64,000 nt of DNA from NCBI GenBank assembly GCA_002317175.1, contig DCJA01000036.1, forward strand, positions 99,242 to 163,241, written 5' to 3'. The notes below the pieces were generated by a model. It searched no databases. It was not told the origin of the DNA and saw nothing but the letters and a program-made list of their open reading frames with translations. Position 1 is the first letter of the stretch, and the number at the start of each line of letters is the position of its first letter. This DNA is from Lachnospiraceae bacterium UBA1712 (GTDB lineage Bacteria; Bacillota; Clostridia; Lachnospirales; Lachnospiraceae). Made by a program: the position numbers and the translations under genes. Of the stretch, positions 18,016 to 27,721 are shown one piece after another.

Positions 18016-19431
18016 TTGAAAATGTACGAATTTGAAGGATTTCAGAACCGACCAGTTCAATTGAATCAGAAAAATAATCTTTTAGAGATAGAGGAACATA
18101 TGTATATTCTCGACGATGTTGAGAAACCAAATGTATTCAGAAATATGTTTCCATATTCGGAGATTCCAAAGATTCCATTTAATAATAGAATAGTTCCATT
18201 AAATCTTCCAAAGAATATCTGGATTACAGATACAACTTTCCGAGATGGACAGCAGTCACGTGCTCCATATAGTACTGAGCAGATTGTTACGATTTATGAC
18301 TATCTGCACAAATTAGGCGGACCAAATGGTATGGTCAGAGCTTCTGAATTCTTCTTATATAGCAAGAAGGACAGAGATGCCGTATATAAATGTATGGACA
18401 GAGGCTATGAGTTTCCTGAGGTTACCAGCTGGATCAGAGCCAGCAAGGAAGACTTCAAGCTTGTTAAAGAAATCGGTATGAAGGAAACAGGTATTCTTGT
18501 AAGCTGTTCAGATTACCACATTTTCCTCAAGCTTAAGATGACTCGTAAGCAGGCTATGGAGCATTACCTTGGAGTTGTTAAGGAATGTCTTGAGGAAGGT
18601 ATTGCAGTAAGATGTCATCTTGAGGATATTACCAGAGCAGATATCTATGGATTTGTTGTTCCTTTCTGTATAGAACTTATGAAGCTTAGTAAGATTTATA
18701 ATCTTCCTGTTAAAATCCGTGCCTGTGATACCATGGGATACGGAGTTAACTTCTCTGGTGCTGTTATTCCAAGATCTGTACAGGGTATTATTTATGCACT
18801 TCATACCAACGGAGGTGTTCCTCACGAATGGCTGGAGTGGCATGGCCACAATGATTTCTACAAGGCAGTTGTTAACTCGACTACAGCATGGCTTTATGGA
18901 TGTAGTGCAATCAATACTTCTTTGTTTGGTATTGGTGAAAGAACTGGAAATACACCACTTGAAGCAATGGTATTTGAATATGCTCAGATCAGGGGCCATC
19001 TTAATGGAATGGATACAACTGTTATTACAGAACTTGCTGAGTACTATAAGAAAGAGATTGGTTATGATATTCCGCCTCGTACACCATTTGTTGGTAAGAA
19101 CTTTAATGTTACCAGAGCGGGTATTCATGCAGATGGATTACTTAAGAACGAGGAAATATATAATATATTTGATACAGAGAAATTCCTTAACAGACCTGTA
19201 TTGTGCGCTATCAGTAATACATCAGGACTTGCAGGAATTGCACATTGGATTAATTCATACTACAAGCTGCCAGTTGAGAAGCATGTAGATAAGAACTCAG
19301 AACTTGTCAGAGAGGTTAAGGACTGGGTAGATGCAGAATATGAATCTGGCCGTGTAACTGTATTAACTGATGATGAACTTATCGTTGTAATTGACAAGAA
19401 ATGTAAAAAGCTTGGTGTTGAATTGGTGTAA
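18016..19431 (+). CDS. Re-citrate synthase (LeuA/homocitrate synthase DRE-TIM family)
   Basis: Motifs ITDTTFRDGQQ, HGHND, GIGERTGN and AGIHADG. No LeuA regulatory domain is evident, and it is co-operonic with icd. Confidence 0.75.
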   Translation: MKMYEFEGFQNRPVQLNQKNNLLEIEEHMYILDDVEKPNVFRNMFPYSEIPKIPFNNRIVPLNLPKNIWITDTTFRDGQQSRAPYSTEQIVTIYDYLHKLGGPNGMVRASEFFLYSKKDRDAVYKCMDRGYEFPEVTSWIRASKEDFKLVKEIGMKETGILVSCSDYHIFLKLKMTRKQAMEHYLGVVKECLEEGIAVRCHLEDITRADIYGFVVPFCIELMKLSKIYNLPVKIRACDTMGYGVNFSGAVIPRSVQGIIYALHTNGGVPHEWLEWHGHNDFYKAVVNSTTAWLYGCSAINTSLFGIGERTGNTPLEAMVFEYAQIRGHLNGMDTTVITELAEYYKKEIGYDIPPRTPFVGKNFNVTRAGIHADGLLKNEEIYNIFDTEKFLNRPVLCAISNTSGLAGIAHWINSYYKLPVEKHVDKNSELVREVKDWVDAEYESGRVTVLTDDELIVVIDKKCKKLGVELV

Positions 19432-19434
19432 TCA

Positions 19435-20124
19435 ATGGCAAATTATGATGTAAAAACAGAAGTATCTGATAAATTTTCACTTAGAGGTCGTGTTTATCAT
19501 AAGATAAGAGAAGATATATTAAGTGGAATATATAAAGATAATGAAGAACTTAGAGAAGTGGCAATCGGAGAGGAACTTGGAGTATCAAGAACTCCTGTCA
19601 GAGAGGCTTTCAGACAGCTTGAGCTTGAAGGCCTTATTCAGATAATCCCTAACAAAGGCGCCTATGTAACTGGTATTACTGTTAAGGATGTCCAGGATAT
19701 CTATATGATGAGATCCAAGCTTGAAGGTTTGGCTGCAAGATGGGCTACTGAAAATATCAGTGACGAACAGATGAATGAAATGGAGGAAAATATATATCTT
19801 TCTGAATTTCATGCTTCAAAGGGACATATGGAGCAGATAACCAATCTGGATAATCGTTTTCATGAGATTCTTTATGAAGCATGTAACAGTAAAATGCTAC
19901 AGCATCAGCTGCAGGATTTCCATGAGTATGTACTCAGAGTTAGAAAGAGAACTCTTTCTGAAAACAAGCGTAGTGCAGCTTCTACTGAAGAACACAAGGA
20001 AATTATGGAAGCTATAAAAGCTAAGGATGCTGACAGAGCAGAACTTGCAGCAAACAGGCATATAGTTAATGCTTATGAAAATATGGTAAAAAATGGTCTC
20101 TATGAGGCTTATGAGAGAGGATAA
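19435..20124 (+). CDS. GntR (FadR/FCD) family transcriptional regulator
   Basis: wHTH motif [20 protein letters not shown] and FCD motifs DNRFH and EEHKEI. Confidence 0.92.
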   Translation: MANYDVKTEVSDKFSLRGRVYHKIREDILSGIYKDNEELREVAIGEELGVSRTPVREAFRQLELEGLIQIIPNKGAYVTGITVKDVQDIYMMRSKLEGLAARWATENISDEQMNEMEENIYLSEFHASKGHMEQITNLDNRFHEILYEACNSKMLQHQLQDFHEYVLRVRKRTLSENKRSAASTEEHKEIMEAIKAKDADRAELAANRHIVNAYENMVKNGLYEAYERG

Positions 20125-20126
20125 AT

Positions 20127-21338
20127 ATGAACAAAATCGCTATGAACACTCCAATCGTTGAGATGGATGGAGACGAAATGACAAGAATTTTGTGGACAAT
20201 GATCAAGGATGAACTTTTACTTCCATTTATTGATTTGAACACAGAATACTATGATCTTGGACTTGAAAATCGTAATGCAACTGATGATAAGGTTACTGTA
20301 GACAGTGCTAACGCTACAAAGAAATATGGTGTTGCTGTTAAGTGCGCGACTATTACACCTAATCAGGCTCGTATGAGCGAGTATAATCTTAAGGAAATGT
20401 GGAAGAGTCCTAATGGTACAATCAGAGCTATGCTTGATGGTACAGTATTTAGAACACCAATCATAGTAAAAGGAATAGAGCCTTGCGTTAGAAACTGGGA
20501 GAAACCTATTACTCTGGCTCGTCATGCATATGGTGATGTATATAAGAACGTTGAAATTGATGTGCCAGGTGAGGGAACAGCTAAGTTAGTATTTACTGAT
20601 AAAAATGGTAATACTACAGAAGAAGTAATTCATGAATTTAAGGGCCCTGGAGTAATTCAGGGTATGCACAATACAGATAAGTCAATTGCCAGCTTTGCAA
20701 GAGCCTGCTTCACATATGCAATCGCTCTTAAGCAGGATTTATGGTTTGCTACAAAGGATACTATTTCAAAGAAGTATGATCATACCTTTAAGGACATATT
20801 TAATGAAATATATGAAAATGAATATAAAGCTAAGTTTGAAGAATTAGGTATTGAGTACTTCTATACACTCATTGATGATGCTGTTGCTCGTATTATGAAG
20901 TGTAAGGGCGGACTTATCTGGGCATGTAAAAATTATGACGGCGATGTAATGTCGGATATGGTAAGTTCTGCTTTTGGATCTCTTGCTATGATGACATCAG
21001 TTCTTGTTTCTCCTGATGGAGTATATGAATATGAAGCTGCTCACGGAACAGTTCAGCGTCATTATTACAAGCACCTGAAGGGTGAAGAGACAAGTACTAA
21101 CTCTGTTGCAACTATTTTTGCCTGGTCTGGTGCATTAAGAAAGCGTGGAGAACTTGATGACAATACAGAACTTGTTAGATTTGCAGATGCCCTGGAAAAG
21201 GCTACACTTTCAACAATTGAGTCTGGAAAGATGACCAAGGATCTTGCTCTTATTACAAGCCTTAAGGATGTAACTGTTCTGAATTCTCAGGACTTTATTA
21301 AAGCAATCAGAGCAACACTTGAAAAAGAATTAGCATAG
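20127..21338 (+). CDS. icd: NADP-dependent isocitrate dehydrogenase
   Basis: Motifs [35 protein letters not shown] and [11 protein letters not shown]. Confidence 0.95.
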   Translation: MNKIAMNTPIVEMDGDEMTRILWTMIKDELLLPFIDLNTEYYDLGLENRNATDDKVTVDSANATKKYGVAVKCATITPNQARMSEYNLKEMWKSPNGTIRAMLDGTVFRTPIIVKGIEPCVRNWEKPITLARHAYGDVYKNVEIDVPGEGTAKLVFTDKNGNTTEEVIHEFKGPGVIQGMHNTDKSIASFARACFTYAIALKQDLWFATKDTISKKYDHTFKDIFNEIYENEYKAKFEELGIEYFYTLIDDAVARIMKCKGGLIWACKNYDGDVMSDMVSSAFGSLAMMTSVLVSPDGVYEYEAAHGTVQRHYYKHLKGEETSTNSVATIFAWSGALRKRGELDDNTELVRFADALEKATLSTIESGKMTKDLALITSLKDVTVLNSQDFIKAIRATLEKELA

Positions 21339-21345
21339 GGTTATT

Positions 21346-21586
21346 GATACATCACTAAAAAGAACTTTATTTGTCCCTTTTTGCATTTGATTAGAAGAAT
21401 TTTATTAAAATAATAATTCATATTATGGACGCTTTCGCTCTCTGTCCTCGTGCTCACGTTACTAAACTCGATAAAATCTCGTTAAGTAACGAGCCTGCGG
21501 AGAGCCCTAATATGAATTATTTTTTTTATATTATAACTTTAATAATGTAAAAAGGGGTTTTTTTGTTCTTTTTAAGGAACAGTATC
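21346..21586. repeat. Long nested inverted repeat (rod-like hairpin; REP/MITE-like element or ncRNA)
   Basis: Nested arms: 21356-65/21565-74, 21375-86/21545-56, 21412-25/21508-21 (14 bp perfect), 21452-55/21491-94 and 21458-67/21481-90. Confidence 0.75.
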
Positions 21587-21653
21587 TTCTTATGGAAAAT
21601 TTAACCAAAATGTGTTATAATCATACTCAAAATATGTAGTAATTTTACAATAA

Positions 21654-23051
21654 ATGGATTGGAACTATATGAAACCTTCTTTTATTATAATTTTAATTGC
21701 ATTATTGGTTATAGCTGTTGTATTGATTGTGCTTCTGGTATTGAGCTACAGATATAATAAGCAGCTGAAAAAGTATTATGAGTATGAATTATATCATGAT
21801 GGTCTTACTGGCCATACCACCTGGAACTGGTTGTGGAAGAAGATAGGTCATCAGACCAATGAGACTCTGCTTAATTATGATTTTGTTCATTTTGATATTA
21901 AAGCGTTTAGAATGTTTAATGAACTATACAATCATGATGTTGGTAATGAGGTCTTAAAGTTTGTATCAAAGACACTTATGGAGCAGGATTTTATTCTATA
22001 TTCTGCAAGATGTCATAACGACAATTTTGCTTTCGTTACCAAGCCCTATATAGAACTGAATCTTATGGATAAACTCGAGGAACTTTTTGAGAAGATGAAA
22101 TATGTTCCTGGTTATGAGGAGAGCCCTTTGTATTTTAGATGCGGAGCAGTTCTTCGTAATCAGAAACTTCGCTCCAATGATACAGTTGCGGATATGGCTA
22201 AGATGGCCCAGAAACAGGGAAAGAAGCTTAACTGTACCGAGATTATTATCTATGATGATGTTATGAAGGAAAAGGTCTTAAGAGGTGAGACTTTAAAAAA
22301 TAATCTTCCTGAAGCGTTTTTAAGAGATGAAATTCTTGTATATTTTCAACCTAAATTTGATTCAGTATCTGAAGAAATTGTAGGTGCTGAAGCGTTGGTT
22401 CGCTGGATGTATCATGGTAATGAGTTAATGTTTCCTGATAAGTTTATACCTTACCTGGAAGCTAATAATTCTATTAATCTTCTTGATGAGCATATGATTG
22501 AAAAGGTTTGTCAGTATATGGAGAGATGGAAGAGCGAAGGCAAAAAACTTGTTCCGGTATCCATTAATCTGTCTCAAAAGGAAATACAAAAGGAGAGCCT
22601 TGTAGCAGATATCGTTAAGATAGTTGATAAATATGATGTTGACAGGAAACTGCTGGAATTTGAAATAACAGAGACTGCTAATTTCCAGGATACGGAATAT
22701 TTTTTGTCTGTTATAACTCAGCTACGTAATGAAGGTTTTGGTATCAGTATTGATGACTTTGGTACAGGTTATTCATCATTTAAGATGCTGAAGGATATTC
22801 CTGTTAATACTTTGAAGATTGATAAGAGCTTTGTGGATGCTATATCCCAGGATAATATTAACGAAAAGGGAATGAAGATTCTTGAGGATGTAGTAAGTAT
22901 GACTAAGCATCTTTCGTTGAACTGTATTGCTGAAGGAGTTGAGGACGAATATCAGAAGGACACATTAAGAGACTGGGGTTGTGATCAGATTCAGGGTTAT
23001 TATTATTCAAAACCCATTCCGGCTGCAGAATACGAAAATAAATATTTATAA
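21654..23051 (+). CDS. Membrane-anchored degenerate-GGDEF/EAL c-di-GMP phosphodiesterase
   Basis: N-terminal TM, DGLTG motif, GGDEF replaced by HNDNF, and intact EALVRW, FEITE, DDFGTGYSS, AEGVE and QGYYYSKP. Confidence 0.88.
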   Translation: MDWNYMKPSFIIILIALLVIAVVLIVLLVLSYRYNKQLKKYYEYELYHDGLTGHTTWNWLWKKIGHQTNETLLNYDFVHFDIKAFRMFNELYNHDVGNEVLKFVSKTLMEQDFILYSARCHNDNFAFVTKPYIELNLMDKLEELFEKMKYVPGYEESPLYFRCGAVLRNQKLRSNDTVADMAKMAQKQGKKLNCTEIIIYDDVMKEKVLRGETLKNNLPEAFLRDEILVYFQPKFDSVSEEIVGAEALVRWMYHGNELMFPDKFIPYLEANNSINLLDEHMIEKVCQYMERWKSEGKKLVPVSINLSQKEIQKESLVADIVKIVDKYDVDRKLLEFEITETANFQDTEYFLSVITQLRNEGFGISIDDFGTGYSSFKMLKDIPVNTLKIDKSFVDAISQDNINEKGMKILEDVVSMTKHLSLNCIAEGVEDEYQKDTLRDWGCDQIQGYYYSKPIPAAEYENKYL

Positions 23052-23055
23052 TATT

Positions 23056-23085
23056 AAAGTCTCCACAATTTGTGGAGACTTTTTT
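23056..23085. terminator. Terminator between convergent genes, possibly bidirectional
   Basis: AAAGTCTCCACAA-t-TTGTGGAGACTTT hairpin with T run between two convergent stops. Confidence 0.85.
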
Positions 23086-25006
23086 ATTTGGACATTTCTT
23101 CATATTCTTTAGATACTTCTTCCCATTCTTCCATAAGAAGCAGGAGAGTTTCTTCGTTATCATTTAACTTTGAAGTGAGCTCATTTAGTTTGGCAGAATT
23201 AGAACTATTGACTGGGTTAGCCAATTCTTCATTCAGCTTAGCCTGTTCAGCCTCAAGCTTTTCTATTTTTGATTCAATATCATTTTGCCTGTTTTGAAGC
23301 TTTCTTAGAGCTGCCTGCAACTCTTTTTGAGCTTTCCAGTCCAATTTGTTGACAGTTTCTTTTGGAACTTCAACAGTATCCTGCACAAGGCTTGGAGAGA
23401 GGTCATCACGTTTTTCAAGATAATAGTCATAATCACCAAGGTATTCAGTAAAGCCCTGTTGCTTTAATTCCAGAATTCTGTCGGCGGTTCTGTTTATAAA
23501 ATATCTGTCATGGGATACATACAATAATGTTCCTTCATAATTGTTTAAGGCATTCTCAAGAATCTCTTTTGAAGTAATATCTAGATGATTGGTTGGCTCA
23601 TCAAGTATTAGAAAGTTTGCTTCGCTAAGCATCAACTTAGCGAGGGATACACGACCTTTTTCACCACCACTAAGACTGGATATTTTCTTTAATACATCTT
23701 CACCTGTAAATAGAAATGCAGCGAGTACATTTCGTATCTCAGTATTGGTAAGAGAAGGATATTCATCAGAGATCTCTTCGAAGATTGTTTTGTTATCATT
23801 GAGCACATGGTGCTCCTGATCATAATAACCGATGGTAACCTTACTGCCTAACCTGAATTCACCTGAATCAGCTGTTTCTAAACCATTAAGTATCTTTAGT
23901 AAGGTGGTTTTGCCGGTTCCGTTATCACCTATAATTGATACATGATCACCACGTTTTATCTCAAAGTTGACATTGCTAAATAAAGTATTGGAAGAGTAGG
24001 CTTTTGACAGATCCTTAACCTGAAGAACATCTTTACCTGACTCTATTCTTGGAAAGAGAGCAATTCTCATTTCGTCATTAAGCTCTACGGGCTTATCTAT
24101 TTTTTCGAGCTTGTCCAGCGCCTTGACGCGGGATTCGGCACGCTTAATAGATTTTTCTCTATTAAAGCTTCTTAATTTCTCGATTACCGCTTCCTGATGT
24201 TCTATCTTGGACTGCTGCTTTAAATAGGCTTTCATAGCCATGTTTCTTAGCATTTCCTTCTTTACAGCATAATCTGAATAATTACCACTATAACTTGTAG
24301 CTGTTCCGGCCTCAATCTCAATTACCTTATTGACAATCTTATCCAGGAAATATCTATCGTGAGATACGATAAATACTGTGTTTTTATAATTTAGAAGATA
24401 ATTTTCAAGCCAGCTGATGGAGCTCATATCCAGATGGTTAGTTGGCTCATCAAGTATTATTAAATCAGGAGAGTTTAGAAGCAGTTTACCAAGGGCCACT
24501 CTGGTTTTTTGTCCCCCTGAAAGGGTATTGACTGTCTGACTGAAGTTTTCTTCTTTGAATCCAAGTCCAAGAAGGATTCCTCTGACTTCACTCTTGTATA
24601 TATAGCCGCCTTTATCTTCAAATATTCGTAAGAGTTCTGTGTGTTTATGAATAAGCGCATCCAACTCATCAGATGAGGCGTTTTCCATAGCTTTTTGAAG
24701 CGTATCTATATCTTTTTCCATCTGGATGAGTTCTTCCTTAACAGACAGAATTTCATCGTAGATGTTTCTTTCTGAGTCAAGCAGTGCATTCTGGGGCAAA
24801 TATCCTATGGAAGTGAATTTGGAACAGGTAACTTCGCCCTGATCACTTTGCTCAAGCCCCATAATAATCTTTAGAAGAGTAGACTTACCGCATCCATTGA
24901 CACCTATTAATGCAGCTTTATCAGACTCGTTAAGATGAAATGAAACACCTCTTAACACATTGTTGTCTATATATGTTTTATGTATATTGTTACATGACAA
25001 AATCAT
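23084..25006 (-). CDS. ABC-F family ribosome-associated ATPase (YdiF/Uup-like)
   Basis: Two NBDs (GVNGCGKST/LSGGQ/LDEPTNHLD and GDNGTGKTT/LSGGE/LDEPTNHLD), no TM, C-terminal coiled coil. ATG at 25006 follows GAGG. Divergent from rex. Confidence 0.92.
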   Translation of the reverse strand: MILSCNNIHKTYIDNNVLRGVSFHLNESDKAALIGVNGCGKSTLLKIIMGLEQSDQGEVTCSKFTSIGYLPQNALLDSERNIYDEILSVKEELIQMEKDIDTLQKAMENASSDELDALIHKHTELLRIFEDKGGYIYKSEVRGILLGLGFKEENFSQTVNTLSGGQKTRVALGKLLLNSPDLIILDEPTNHLDMSSISWLENYLLNYKNTVFIVSHDRYFLDKIVNKVIEIEAGTATSYSGNYSDYAVKKEMLRNMAMKAYLKQQSKIEHQEAVIEKLRSFNREKSIKRAESRVKALDKLEKIDKPVELNDEMRIALFPRIESGKDVLQVKDLSKAYSSNTLFSNVNFEIKRGDHVSIIGDNGTGKTTLLKILNGLETADSGEFRLGSKVTIGYYDQEHHVLNDNKTIFEEISDEYPSLTNTEIRNVLAAFLFTGEDVLKKISSLSGGEKGRVSLAKLMLSEANFLILDEPTNHLDITSKEILENALNNYEGTLLYVSHDRYFINRTADRILELKQQGFTEYLGDYDYYLEKRDDLSPSLVQDTVEVPKETVNKLDWKAQKELQAALRKLQNRQNDIESKIEKLEAEQAKLNEELANPVNSSNSAKLNELTSKLNDNEETLLLLMEEWEEVSKEYEEMSK

Positions 25007-25085
25007 ACTTTTACCTCGCAAAAATATATTATATAGATTATCCATTTGGTCTTCAAGTATTGGCTCTCAAATAGCCTATAATTGT

Positions 25086-25115
25086 TTGACAAGAATTTCA
25101 CAAACGGCGTATAAT
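25086..25115 (+). promoter_or_regulatory. rex promoter with overlapping Rex operator
   Basis: TTGACA-18 bp-TATAAT. TTGACAAGAATTTCACAA (25086-25103) resembles the Rex box TTGTGAA-N4-TTCACAA. Confidence 0.65.
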
Positions 25116-25151
25116 TAGTATGCATATTTAAGAGGGCGAATGGAGAATAGT

Positions 25152-25784
25152 ATGGACAGAGACATTTCGCAGGCTGTAATAACCAGACTTCCACGTTATT
25201 ACAGATATCTTGGTGAACTAAAGGATAAGGGTGTAGAGAGAATATCAAGTCAGGATCTTGCTATTATTATGAATGCAACTGCTTCTCAGATCAGACAGGA
25301 TTTTAATAATTTTGGTGGATTTGGTCAGCAGGGCTACGGCTATAATGTTGAACATCTGTATTCTGAGATAGGAAAGATACTTGGTCTGGATATGCAGCAC
25401 CATATGATTCTTATTGGTTCAGGTAATTTGGGTCACTGTCTTGCTAATTACGTTAATTTTGAAAAAAGAGGTTTTATTTTCGAAGGCTGTTTTGATTCAA
25501 ATCCAGAACTTGTGGGTGATTATATAAGAGGCATCGAGATTATGCCTATGGAACGACTTGAGGATTTTGTAAGAGATAACAATATAGATATGGCAGTTAT
25601 TACCATTCCAAAAAGCGGAGCTGTTGAAGTTGCAAAGCGACTGGTTAACTGCGGAATCAAGGCAATATGGAATTTTGCGCATGTAGACCTTGAGGTGGGT
25701 GATGATGTGATAGTGGAAAATGTTCATTTGTCAGAGAGCCTTATGAAACTATCCTATAACTGGAATCATTCAAAAAAGGCTTAG
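25152..25784 (+). CDS. rex: Redox-sensing transcriptional repressor Rex
   Basis: Motifs RLPRYYRYL, SQIRQDF..FGGFGQQGYGY, Rossmann GSGNLG and IWNFA. ATG at 25152 follows GGAG. Confidence 0.95.
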   Translation: MDRDISQAVITRLPRYYRYLGELKDKGVERISSQDLAIIMNATASQIRQDFNNFGGFGQQGYGYNVEHLYSEIGKILGLDMQHHMILIGSGNLGHCLANYVNFEKRGFIFEGCFDSNPELVGDYIRGIEIMPMERLEDFVRDNNIDMAVITIPKSGAVEVAKRLVNCGIKAIWNFAHVDLEVGDDVIVENVHLSESLMKLSYNWNHSKKA

Positions 25785-25851
25785 TAAAGCTGTTTATCAT
25801 TTTGTGTTTTACCGTAAGTGATATGTTGGGAATGTGTCACGGGAGGAAACT

Positions 25852-26460
25852 ATGGCCAAAAATGTTGAAAAATTATCTCAGGCGCTGGAAGAAAAGAAAC
25901 TTCCTGTAGCTACATTAGATACAAAATGGCATAAATTATTTACCAAGGTTGATAAGACTGAAGCAATAGTTAAAGCTGAAAAAGAGCTTAATGAGCAGTT
26001 GAGAAAACAGGGTAAAGTCAATACAGATATTAAAAATCTAAAGAAAATAAAGATGGATCTTATGGATGAGATTGTAACCCTCATGGAAGATGAAAGTGGA
26101 CAGTCCAAGGTTGAAGAGAATAAGAAATTAATCAATGAGTGCAATGAGAAGATTGATTCATACACAGAAGTTCTGACTCAGATGCCTAAGGACATTGCTG
26201 CTGCCAATAGAAAGCTGATGATAGCTACCATGGACACCTGTTATGATGATCTTCATGAAAATGAGAAGGGGATCAAGGAACTGGGTGACTGGCTTGCAAA
26301 GATTCGTGTTGAACTTAAAAAGAATGTAGTCAGAAAACAGGAGCTGGAGATAGCAAATCAGGAGATATATTCTTATATGCATGATATATTTGGTGCAGAA
26401 GCAATTGATCTTTTTGATATGACCTACAATCCTTCTGATAATCCTATTACAAAGGAATAA
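25852..26460 (+). CDS. Hypothetical coiled-coil protein
   Basis: Charged, helical-looking ORF. GGGAGG RBS precedes the ATG at 25852. Confidence 0.75.
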   Translation: MAKNVEKLSQALEEKKLPVATLDTKWHKLFTKVDKTEAIVKAEKELNEQLRKQGKVNTDIKNLKKIKMDLMDEIVTLMEDESGQSKVEENKKLINECNEKIDSYTEVLTQMPKDIAAANRKLMIATMDTCYDDLHENEKGIKELGDWLAKIRVELKKNVVRKQELEIANQEIYSYMHDIFGAEAIDLFDMTYNPSDNPITKE

Positions 26461-26467
26461 TTACAAG

Positions 26468-27667
26468 ATGAATGAGATGTTTGACAGGGTATGTGCCCTG
26501 GTTGATTTAAATAATGTATATGACAATATGGAACAGATATGTTCCAGGGTTGGTGATAATACTGCTGTATATGCGGTAATCAAAGCTGATGGCTATGGAC
26601 ATGGAGCTATTCCTATTGCTTTTGAATATGAAAAGATTGATAAGGTTAAGGGCTATTGTGTTGCCACAGCTGAAGAAGCACTTCAATTAAAAAAGGCTGG
26701 AGTAAAGAAAGATATAGTTATTATTGGTTATACTTTTCCGTATGCTTATAAGCAGCTGATTGAAAATGATATTCGAATTACTGTATTCAGAGAAGATACC
26801 ATTGAGGAACTGGATAAAGTAGCTGCCAAGCTGGGCAGGATGGCTCATGTACATATTAAGGTTGATACTGGAATGAGCAGAATAGGTGTGTCTCCTTATG
26901 ATGACGGATTTGCAGTAGTTGAAAAAGCTGTGTCAATGAATAATCTTGATGTTGAAGGCGTATTTACTCATTTTGCAAAAGCGGATGAGAGTGACAAGAC
27001 TAATGCTAATGAACAGTTCGAGATGTTTACAAGCTTTGTAGAAGCAGTCGAAGAGCAATATTCTTTTAAATTCAAAGTTAAGCACTGCGCGAACTCGGCG
27101 GCAATAATTGATATGCCTTATACATATATGGATGCGGTAAGAGCGGGAATTATTCTCTATGGCCTTTGGCCAAGTGACGAAGTCAATAAAGACAATATCG
27201 AACTTAAGCCTGTTATGAGTATTATTAGTCATATTACTTATATTAAAACCGTTGCGGCAGGAACAGCTGTAAGCTATGGAGGCGACTTTGTAACGAGCAG
27301 ACCTACCAGAATAGCAACAATACCTGTGGGCTATGCGGATGGTTACCAGAGGAGGCTCTCCAATAAAGCTTATGTGATTATTAATGGCAAGAAAGCACCA
27401 ATTCTTGGCAGAATATGTATGGATCAGTTTATGGTTGATGTTACATTTATTCCTGAATGCAAGGAAGGGGATAAGGTTACTCTGATTGGAAAAGACGGTG
27501 ACGTAAGCATTAGTATAGAGGAATTGAGCGATATTTCCCAACAGCTCAATTATGAATTTGCCTGTGATATTGGAAAGAGAGTACCCAGAGTATTTATTAA
27601 GGATAATCAGTGCATATATGAAAAAGACTACAATAATGATGTATCATTGAGGAGCTTATCGAATTGA
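26468..27667 (+). CDS. alr: Alanine racemase
   Basis: PLP lysine motif AVIKADGYGHGA, plus HIKVDTGMSRIG, HCANSA and GRICMDQ. Confidence 0.95.
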   Translation: MNEMFDRVCALVDLNNVYDNMEQICSRVGDNTAVYAVIKADGYGHGAIPIAFEYEKIDKVKGYCVATAEEALQLKKAGVKKDIVIIGYTFPYAYKQLIENDIRITVFREDTIEELDKVAAKLGRMAHVHIKVDTGMSRIGVSPYDDGFAVVEKAVSMNNLDVEGVFTHFAKADESDKTNANEQFEMFTSFVEAVEEQYSFKFKVKHCANSAAIIDMPYTYMDAVRAGIILYGLWPSDEVNKDNIELKPVMSIISHITYIKTVAAGTAVSYGGDFVTSRPTRIATIPVGYADGYQRRLSNKAYVIINGKKAPILGRICMDQFMVDVTFIPECKEGDKVTLIGKDGDVSISIEELSDISQQLNYEFACDIGKRVPRVFIKDNQCIYEKDYNNDVSLRSLSN

Positions 27668-27692
27668 CGCAAAAGCAATAAAATGCTATATT
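27664..27692 (+). promoter_or_regulatory. SigA promoter with extended -10
   Basis: TTGACG-17 bp-TATATT with TG at the extended -10 position. Confidence 0.6.
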
Positions 27693-27721
27693 AAAATGTC
27701 GGAATGTTGTTTAGGAGCTAT

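Noticed and set aside
23084-25006. ABC-F as an antibiotic resistance gene
   Set aside because: Its position beside rex and its C-terminal coiled coil fit a housekeeping YdiF/Uup type. No leader peptide or mobile context is visible.
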